Both the position numbers and the translations under genes were made by a program. The notes beneath the pieces are model-generated. The model saw nothing but the letters and a program-made list of their open reading frames with translations, ran no database searches and had not been told where the DNA came from. Shown here one piece after another: positions 58,001 through 64,000 of a stretch of 64,000 nucleotides of DNA (positions within the stretch are counted from its first letter, which is position 1; the number at the start of each line of letters is the position of its first letter). Source of the stretch: a virus; the IMG/VR virus record IMGVR_UViG_3300020045_006384, positions 36,001 through 100,000 of that record, one strand, 5' to 3'.

Positions 58001-59181
58001 TCATATAATGAATTATATACATCAACAGTTGTTGAACTAGTTGGAAAAGAAAATGCTCTAGTATCTATACTATTAATTTCATTATAAGTATTAACATCAA
58101 AATTATTTTCTTTATAATTTGCAAAAAATAATCTATTTTCTTTAGTATTAATATGTTTAGGTATAATTATATCAGAACCTAAAAATAAAAATTCTTCTAA
58201 ACTTATTGTATTAATAATATTACCATCATCATAATATATAATTTCAGTAATATCATTTATACTTCTATCTAATATTAAAGATATTTCTGGTATTTCATTA
58301 AATGAAGTGTATTTTACAGCATATAATCTTATATTAGTATATGTAGGATCAATATTATCAATTTTTATAACTGGTAAAGAACCTACAACTTCATTAATTT
58401 CTCCACCACCATTATCAGAACCTTTATCTAAAGCAACTTGTTCACTCAAAGGACTAATTTTAGTTTGTGTTCCATTTATTCTATATAAATTATAAGCATA
58501 TTGTATTACACCAGCAGTATGAATACTACCTTGTAATACATCAATTATTTCAGGTTGATCTAAATTAAAAGTACCAACAAATTGAATATTATTAATACTT
58601 AAATCTATTAAATTTTCAGAATCTAAATTTTCAATAGAATTATAAATATTTAAAAATCTAGTTTGATGTATAGAATCTACCCAATATATTTTATCAATTA
58701 TTTCATTTTCATAGTTATTAACACATTGTATAGGATTATTTATACTAAAACCTAAGTTTCTTAAATATAATAACTCAATATCATAAGTAGTATCGTTTAC
58801 TTTCCATATACAATCAAAACCATTATTATCTGTTGTAAATAAAATAATATTATTTCTTATAGTACAATGTCCAATAATAAATTGTTCATCAGATTGTTCA
58901 TATAAAATTCCAGATATGAAATATATATCATTAATTTCATTTGTAGTATAATTTAAAGTGTTTAACCCATAAGTAATAACTTTTGTAGTATAGTTAATTA
59001 CAGGTGTAGGTATTGTAAGTATTAAAGAATTACCTTTTTCATTAGTTACAGAATTTGTACTTTGTGAATCAGTTGTAACAATTCTAATATTTTTACCTTC
59101 AAAATAAAAATTATTTGAGAATTTTGACTTAGTGATGTCTTGTTGCATCCCATTATAAGTCTGTGTTACGGATTTATTCAT
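55087..59181 (-). CDS. tail stabilization/muzzle protein
   Basis: 1364-aa beta-rich protein; GMQQD N-terminus, IYWVD, YRLGIQFY, RRKFRDW..RIR; crAss tail-module position. Confidence 0.72.
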   Translation of the reverse strand: MNKSVTQTYNGMQQDITKSKFSNNFYFEGKNIRIVTTDSQSTNSVTNEKGNSLILTIPTPVINYTTKVITYGLNTLNYTTNEINDIYFISGILYEQSDEQFIIGHCTIRNNIILFTTDNNGFDCIWKVNDTTYDIELLYLRNLGFSINNPIQCVNNYENEIIDKIYWVDSIHQTRFLNIYNSIENLDSENLIDLSINNIQFVGTFNLDQPEIIDVLQGSIHTAGVIQYAYNLYRINGTQTKISPLSEQVALDKGSDNGGGEINEVVGSLPVIKIDNIDPTYTNIRLYAVKYTSFNEIPEISLILDRSINDITEIIYYDDGNIINTISLEEFLFLGSDIIIPKHINTKENRLFFANYKENNFDVNTYNEINSIDTRAFSFPTSSTTVDVYNSLYDNSGVLDSLEAPITIDVDIISGVNTVPFDNSTININYDINNKQFNNTIIGGEGAYLKYKIVRNQIGDFDFTVEDTENKFLKDNEIYRLGIQFYNKYGQNSLPKWIADFKTIVVNDESNLNGYYASVEITLKSLFYTWLADNNNFLDENGNYDDSLKPVGYKLLRAERTLLDRTIICQGLINGMLSQVIGDDTGDNEEDPLEVDYINRVNGGLKIPSMMRRFDEYLFPMWRNKSYFRVDRFDEAHPEFANNTLPGSVNDDAGNEVYKAEESGQWTAGTYQFNKLMQLFSPEVTFNSLQSLGDCTIVNIGGFENDYNANWAQVRQVETKQVTTEGKAFNTISPHDIKAYDTGNFELNFGERDQIQFHGFFGHGQEGEMNFVQTYRRYTGNFLNSDTLNTYKDIYGTPLLVEKAQGRTTYNNDGDMVFYNSLENLSADMILNSVNTWGAKNITFALGDGTLDTEDREGIEDLYTSSGIIDTGTGLICEFRIPQLLVYLGNIYGGNSYESKKRTNYIEIGQYNDINENIYNCKHAGDTFISNFKFTKLVKTDTETYSRSSFQFTEIVEFKVETTIDLKNRNDFSLEEWDARFQPRYEEYQRYNKVYSQEPTLILRRDLDYKFKRINSFDTNVICSKLKSSGEVIDNWTDIEVNNVLTLKGQYGPINCLHSHKDELYTLQDTGFARLSINPRVQVQGDDGLSLQLGTGQVLDDYNYISTESGTLNKWSVISSPSTLYYYDTLNKSLNSYTGSLKGLSDEKGMHIYFTNNTVLNELKIDNPLIGTGVNSGYDYINNELFMTFHQDEPFTICYNESKQSFTSFYDYIPNRYISKGHYLITTNPLNDSIYLQYAGEYNTFYGVKYPSSIIFNVNPEPNKDCVFNNINFKSDVTLNNVDQVNRTLTNIQAYNDYQDSGLIPLIVGRNNNLRRKFRDWNALIPRQTRNRIRSPYMKLKVQFNNPDNLKLILHDLNIYYTTY

Positions 59182-59183
59182 TG

Positions 59184-59915
59184 TTAATTATATTTTTTTA
59201 TATATTCTTTTTCTCCTAATTTTTTAAAACCATCTTTATGAGAAGTGGTATTAATAATTAATTTGTTAATACTATTCATTAAACTTTCCATTTTATCTAC
59301 TGTAGGCATCATAATTCCTGTTTGAGCACTAGCCATATAGAAAAATCTTTTTTGTTGAATATATTCAAAAGCTTTATCTGTTATTTTACCCATTAACCAT
59401 AATGGTTCTAAATATCTACTTAAAATATAATATTCTAAAGCTAATTGAACTTTTTGATTATCTGGTATTAAAGGATAACCTTCTTCATCTGTAGCAATTC
59501 CTTTATAAGCAATATCTACACAACCTTCTGCTATAGAACTAAAAAATATACCTTTTTGAATTTTATAAGTAAACTCAGTATTTCTATAATTATGTTTTAT
59601 AGAATCACTTGTTGTAAATTCATCATCACTCATATGAAATGAATTAGTAGCTTCTCTCATTGTAGTACCACTTTCACTATTATCACCAAAATATTTTACA
59701 CCTTCTATATATAATAAATCACAAGGTATATCTGTTTTGTGTGATTGTAGAACTTTTCTTTCTACTTTAGATAAATATATAACTGGCGCACCAAGTAATT
59801 TAATACCTTCTAAAGCATACTCAGCAGCTTCTTCGTATGTTAATTGTTCAGCTAATGGATTTTTTAATAAAGACCATATTGTTGAATCTAACGATTTGTA
59901 ATTTGAATTTGTCAT
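59184..59915 (-). CDS. tail ring/tubular protein
   Basis: Y..IATDEEGYPLIPD motif; adjacent to the muzzle gene. Confidence 0.65.
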   Translation of the reverse strand: MTNSNYKSLDSTIWSLLKNPLAEQLTYEEAAEYALEGIKLLGAPVIYLSKVERKVLQSHKTDIPCDLLYIEGVKYFGDNSESGTTMREATNSFHMSDDEFTTSDSIKHNYRNTEFTYKIQKGIFFSSIAEGCVDIAYKGIATDEEGYPLIPDNQKVQLALEYYILSRYLEPLWLMGKITDKAFEYIQQKRFFYMASAQTGIMMPTVDKMESLMNSINKLIINTTSHKDGFKKLGEKEYIKKYN

Positions 59916-59918
59916 ATT

Positions 59919-60443
59919 TTAGTATAATAAGAATGCGTCATATTTATCTTGTTCTTCATCTTTAATTCTTTTAGCTAACAATCTTGCAAATGTTCTACTA
60001 GATTTAAATTTAAAATATTTTTTGTTTTTAAATGGATAAACATATTTTTTAAAATAAATTCTAAAAACATATTTTGAAGTATGATAATTACTATATCTAA
60101 CTAAAAGTTTCTTTTCTTTAGCCTCATCATCTTCATTCCATAATTTATTTGTAGCTACCCAATCTACAGGAGTTGTATTTAGTAATTTACCATCTACAAT
60201 CTTAGGTACTTTTTTAGTTTTTTTAACACATAATGAAGAACCTAAATTTGGTAAGTTATATTCAACATTATCATTTATAATTAATTTACATATTTTTTCA
60301 TTAAAATCTGCAATTATATCATAATATTTTTTATTAGTAATATCTATAGTTGGATATTCTTTTTTAAAATATTTAAAATAATCTTTCATTCCAAAATGTG
60401 TTTTAATCTTTCCTTCAGTACGTGGATTTTTATTGTTTGTCAT
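59919..60443 (-). CDS. IHF/HU-like basic protein of the crAss structural module
   Basis: Basic protein; LPNLGSSL, VDW..T..LW, FKFK.SR...R. Confidence 0.6.
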   Translation of the reverse strand: MTNNKNPRTEGKIKTHFGMKDYFKYFKKEYPTIDITNKKYYDIIADFNEKICKLIINDNVEYNLPNLGSSLCVKKTKKVPKIVDGKLLNTTPVDWVATNKLWNEDDEAKEKKLLVRYSNYHTSKYVFRIYFKKYVYPFKNKKYFKFKSSRTFARLLAKRIKDEEQDKYDAFLLY

Positions 60444-61119
60444 CTATACTATTGTTTTGAGTATCTTCTACAATTCTTAATTTTTTAATTTCCTCAGCTA
60501 CAATTTCATTTTTAATTAAATCAATATAATGAGGTTGTAATGGATAATTACTTGTCATAACATTAAAACAAGGAACTGCATCATTACAATCACAACAATT
60601 TGTATAATTTAATAATTCTAATGGATCTTCAAATATACCAGTTATAGTTAAACATTCTATTAATTTATGAGCATCATTTGTACTTAATATATAAATATAT
60701 CTATCATTATCTAAAAAAGCAAATACAGCTTTATTAAAAGGAGAATTTTTGCTATATATAGCACGTTGTTTACTTACAAAATTAAAAGGTATAGCAGTTC
60801 TTACAGTTGGTTTAACTGTTGTTAATGCTGACTTAATATGTAATTCTAATGGTTGAGGAATTTTCTTTTTAGTTCTTAATATTGTTTCACAATCAATATC
60901 TAAATTACATTCATTAACTGAAACTTCTTCTAATCCTAAACATAATGTTTGAGTAATAGATAAATCTGTAGTTTTTTGATAGTTATTTAAATCTTGACGT
61001 AAATATTTAGCTCTTTTAATACCATACAAATATGTAATATATTCATTTGATAATTCTGAGTCATCAGTATATTGTTTTAATGACTCTCTTACATCATATA
61101 TAATTTTTTCTAATATCAT
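60430..61119 (-). CDS. tail ring/tubular protein
   Basis: DDSE, RA.YL.Q, LRT...IP, GIFEDP, YPL. Confidence 0.62.
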   Translation of the reverse strand: MILEKIIYDVRESLKQYTDDSELSNEYITYLYGIKRAKYLRQDLNNYQKTTDLSITQTLCLGLEEVSVNECNLDIDCETILRTKKKIPQPLELHIKSALTTVKPTVRTAIPFNFVSKQRAIYSKNSPFNKAVFAFLDNDRYIYILSTNDAHKLIECLTITGIFEDPLELLNYTNCCDCNDAVPCFNVMTSNYPLQPHYIDLIKNEIVAEEIKKLRIVEDTQNNSIDDKQ

Positions 61120-61129
61120 TTTATTGTAT

Positions 61130-61163
61130 AAAAAAATCCTCTCAACAATGAGTCAAGAGGATT
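61130..61163 (-). terminator. intrinsic terminator
   Basis: Minus strand AATCCTCT...AGAGGATTTTTTT after the phosphoesterase gene. Confidence 0.7.
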
Positions 61164-61177
61164 CGTTAATATTTATT

Positions 61178-62167
61178 TTATAAATTCATCATTATATTTA
61201 TTGGAACTTCTCCTTGAAGAATTACACCACATGCTATTGCAGGTTTTGGACCTTCTTTACCATATGCCATTGCATAAGATTTATGATCTATACCACAACC
61301 TACCTGCATTCCAAATAATTTAAATTTAGCACCTACACACCAATCAATGTATGCTTGACTATGTAAATGTCCTTGTACTACAGATTGTAAATCTCTACGT
61401 ACTCTTGCTCTTGCTGTACCACCTTCGCCATGAATGTATAATACATCATCAATTTCAATAGACTCTGTAAAAGTCCATCCTGGAGTTCCTAATACTTCAG
61501 CATAATCTTTAATCCATAATTTAGATAAACCACTAGAATAAGCTTTACGCATTATTAATCTATCATGGTTACCTATAATAACAGTTGCTTTTGGAAAAGC
61601 TGTATACCAACCTTTAATACGTTGTATAGCCATTTTAAGTTCTTCTCCTGCACTATGTCCATCTGGATCAGTTTCATGATAAGAACTTGCATGATTGTCT
61701 ATAATATCACCTATAAATACAACTTCGTCACATTTATATTTATTATAAGTATTTATACAATGTTCTAAATAGCTATTTAAACAAAAAGGTTCGTGTAAAT
61801 CTCCAATTACTAAAACATTTTTACCAGATTTAAATTTTTTAATATTTTCTTTAAAAGAATCTACAGGAAATATACCTTTTTTAAATATTTCAATAGCTCT
61901 TTTTTCCCAATTAGTATTATCAAAAAAAGCATTTTTAAATATATCTTGTGATGTTTTTAATTCTTTATCTAATATAAAATCAATCGTTCTTTTATTAATT
62001 CCTGGTTGAGAATTTAATTCTCTTTTAACTTCTTTAATTGCAATTTTACAAAGTTCAATATTTTTTTCTGTTGTAGGAATATTTAATTTTGTAGCTAATC
62101 TATAACCACCTTCTTTTAAATAACCTTTTTTATTATGCAAAAATTCTTTAATTTCTAATAAATTCAT
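61178..62167 (-). CDS. calcineurin-like metallophosphoesterase with N-terminal extension
   Basis: GDLH, GDIID, GNHD, HG, GHLH. Confidence 0.9.
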   Translation of the reverse strand: MNLLEIKEFLHNKKGYLKEGGYRLATKLNIPTTEKNIELCKIAIKEVKRELNSQPGINKRTIDFILDKELKTSQDIFKNAFFDNTNWEKRAIEIFKKGIFPVDSFKENIKKFKSGKNVLVIGDLHEPFCLNSYLEHCINTYNKYKCDEVVFIGDIIDNHASSYHETDPDGHSAGEELKMAIQRIKGWYTAFPKATVIIGNHDRLIMRKAYSSGLSKLWIKDYAEVLGTPGWTFTESIEIDDVLYIHGEGGTARARVRRDLQSVVQGHLHSQAYIDWCVGAKFKLFGMQVGCGIDHKSYAMAYGKEGPKPAIACGVILQGEVPINIMMNL

Positions 62168-62190
62168 ATTTTATTTTTTAATAATTTATA

Positions 62191-62226
62191 TGCAAATATA
62201 CAAAAAATATTTGATATATCCTAATT
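62191..62226 (-). promoter_or_regulatory. Bacteroidota-type promoter
   Basis: Minus strand ATTAGGATATATCAAATATTTTTTGTATATTTGCA; TAnnTTTG at 62193-62200. Confidence 0.75.
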
Positions 62227-62253
62227 TTTTTGTAATTATTTTATATAAATATT

Positions 62254-62496
62254 TTAAACAACTTCTCTAGTTGTAAAAACACTCATTATTGCAACACCAA
62301 AATCTTCAATGGTTTCAAAAAATCCTTCGTTAACTTCTACATTTAAATAATGTGAACCTCTTGTTAATAAAGATTTACCTGTATATTTATTAATTACATC
62401 AAATCTTTCACTTAGAAAAGTGTAAGAATGATCATCTGTTTTATAAGGTAATCCATTAAGTAAAAAAAATTCATTATCTATTCTACTTATTTTCAT
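62254..62496 (-). CDS. hypothetical protein
   Basis: 80-aa ORF coupled to the upstream stop. Confidence 0.6.
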   Translation of the reverse strand: MKISRIDNEFFLLNGLPYKTDDHSYTFLSERFDVINKYTGKSLLTRGSHYLNVEVNEGFFETIEDFGVAIMSVFTTREVV

Positions 62497-63146
62497 TATA
62501 ATTTTATTAAATATGTTAATGATATTGATTGATCAAAACTATAACCACCTAAAATAACATTACCATTTCCAGTTTGAATACCTGCATTACCAGTAAAATT
62601 AAATTTATCTAATTCTTTAGTATTAGAAATTCCACCACCTACTAGAAAATTCCAAGTTTTTTTATTAAATTTAACAGGAACATCTAATTTTCTTTCTTTA
62701 AGTTCCCAATTATATTTTAAAGAATTTAATGTGCCTTGTACTTCAACATCACCTACAATTCTAATAGTATCATTTTCAAATGGAATTTGATACTTTCTAA
62801 CTTGTATTGAATTAATATATTCTTTTAGACGAGCCGTTTCAGATTCTAAATTAATATATTTATCTGCTAATTCTTTATTAAAAGGATTCTCTGTAACAAT
62901 TAAACTATCTTTATATATCAAACTATCTTTAGTTTGAATAAGTGGCTTAGGTTTAATTATAATAGGTGAAGTACCAGATGAAGCTGGTATTGTCACTGTA
63001 ACATTTTTAATTTCTTTTGGACTAGTCCATCTACCTATAAAAAAAGATAATAATAGAATTACTATTCCAATTATGATATATTTTATGTTGTTATTCATTT
63101 TATTTAAATATTTGTTTATATTGTTTAAGATACTTAATTCTATCAT
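62496..63146 (-). CDS. membrane-anchored lysis-module protein
   Basis: N-terminal TM segment and C-terminal amphipathic beta strands; true start probably MNNNIK at 63099. Confidence 0.6.
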   Translation of the reverse strand: MIELSILNNINKYLNKMNNNIKYIIIGIVILLLSFFIGRWTSPKEIKNVTVTIPASSGTSPIIIKPKPLIQTKDSLIYKDSLIVTENPFNKELADKYINLESETARLKEYINSIQVRKYQIPFENDTIRIVGDVEVQGTLNSLKYNWELKERKLDVPVKFNKKTWNFLVGGGISNTKELDKFNFTGNAGIQTGNGNVILGGYSFDQSISLTYLIKL

Positions 63147-63585
63147 TTAAACCATTATATCCACCATTAACTTTTTTAGTAATAGTTTTAATATCATCTA
63201 AATCTGCATACTGATTAAGTTTTCTAGAATTCCAATACCATAATGCACTAACCATAGCATTAACTTCTTCTGATAACAAATCAGGATTATTAATAAAATC
63301 AATACCAGTTGCTTTAGATAGTTTTAAATAATTATCTCTACCTGTTACTTGAATATATCCTCTACCTCTAAATTTATAACCATCCCCTTTTTGAGTGTTA
63401 CCTAAATCTAACCTACCTTCATATTTATTAAAATATGCTTTATTACCTAATTCTGTTAGATACAAAAAACCACCACTTTCATGTGCAAGTTGTGCAAAAA
63501 AATGAGCTAATCTTAATGGTGTTGTAATATTATTTTTAGCAAGTAATGTTTTATATTTATTACTTAATTCTAAAGCTTTACTCAT
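63100..63585 (-). CDS. glycoside hydrolase family 19 endolysin
   Basis: AQLAHESGG, DG.KFRGRG.IQ.TGR.NY, WYW, VNGGYNG...R. Confidence 0.92.
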   Translation of the reverse strand: MSKALELSNKYKTLLAKNNITTPLRLAHFFAQLAHESGGFLYLTELGNKAYFNKYEGRLDLGNTQKGDGYKFRGRGYIQVTGRDNYLKLSKATGIDFINNPDLLSEEVNAMVSALWYWNSRKLNQYADLDDIKTITKKVNGGYNGLNDRIKYLKQYKQIFK

Positions 63586-63587
63586 AA

Positions 63588-63776
63588 TTATTTAATTTTA
63601 TATTTATAATAAGGATCATTTAAAATTTTTTCTATTTCAATTAACCCTTGTTCTGTTTTATCTAAACTTTTTTTAATTTCTAAAGTTTCTTGTTCCAATG
63701 TTAATTTAGTTTCTTGATTATAACTTGTACATACTAAAAAGATACATGAAACAAATATTAATTCTAATTTTCTCAT
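63588..63776 (-). CDS. small lipoprotein-like protein (possible o-spanin)
   Basis: Basic N-terminus, hydrophobic core, Cys, then a short coiled coil; adjacent to the endolysin. Confidence 0.5.
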   Translation of the reverse strand: MRKLELIFVSCIFLVCTSYNQETKLTLEQETLEIKKSLDKTEQGLIEIEKILNDPYYKYKIK

Positions 63777-64000
63777 TGTCCTAATTTTTTACGTATTCTA
63801 TTTAAATCTTTTTCTAATTTATCAGCTTTTTCTTTTAATTCTTTATTATAATTATCTCTAAGATTATCTAATTCAGCTTTGTTTTCAATCTCTTTATTTT
63901 TTTCAGCTTCTCTAATTGCTTTTAAACAATCTTTACTATCTGAAAGATTTAATGCTTTTTGGATTGATAATTCTCTTTTTATTTCATTTTCTCTTTCTTC
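63773..64000 (-). CDS. partial coiled-coil protein (possible i-spanin); 5' end outside window
   Basis: Open frame EERENEIKRELS...RKKLGQ-TGA, overlapping the next start as ATGA. Confidence 0.6.
   Translation of the reverse strand, partial: EERENEIKRELSIQKALNLSDSKDCLKAIREAEKNKEIENKAELDNLRDNYNKELKEKADKLEKDLNRIRKKLGQ

Noticed and set aside
1-64000. Stop-codon reassignment as seen in some crAss-like phages
   Set aside because: Long genes are intact under the standard bacterial code and the only tRNA-like gene has a GTA, not a suppressor, anticodon
1-64000. CRISPR array, integrase/att site or diversity-generating retroelement
   Set aside because: No repeat-spacer periodicity, recombinase or reverse transcriptase recognised by eye

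Overview
AT-rich 64 kb segment of a lytic crAss-like (Crassvirales-type) podophage genome. It most likely infects a Bacteroidota host, judging from TAnnTTTG promoters and a phi14:2-like gene set. The + strand arm (1-34.8 kb) carries replication and metabolism genes: family B DNA polymerase, DnaB-like helicase, AAA ATPase, primase, RusA, a PD-(D/E)XK nuclease, an SF2 helicase, ThyX and a class II RNR split by a group I intron with an HNH gene. It also carries a NAMPT-like + PRPP-synthetase-like pair (NARP1-type NAD+ reconstitution) and a phiEco32-type amide-ligase cluster (ATP-grasp, COOH-NH2 ligase, amidoligase, three glutamine amidotransferases, two GGCTs). The - strand arm (34.9-64 kb) converges on it at a bidirectional terminator and carries lysis genes, tail genes and three giant virion proteins, including the virion RNA polymerase. 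The most unusual observations are: (1) a candidate programmed -1 frameshift cassette inside the class II amidotransferase gene, which also has a hydrophobic leader ahead of its catalytic Cys; (2) an FtsK-gamma (KOPS-binding-type) domain inside a giant virion protein; (3) a circularly permuted tRNA-like module inside the nrdJ intron; (4) an unassigned pseudoknotted RNA upstream of the SF2 helicase; (5) an atypical minimal tRNA-Tyr; and (6) an apparently catalytically dead UDG. All family assignments come from motif recognition by eye; no searches or folding programs were run.
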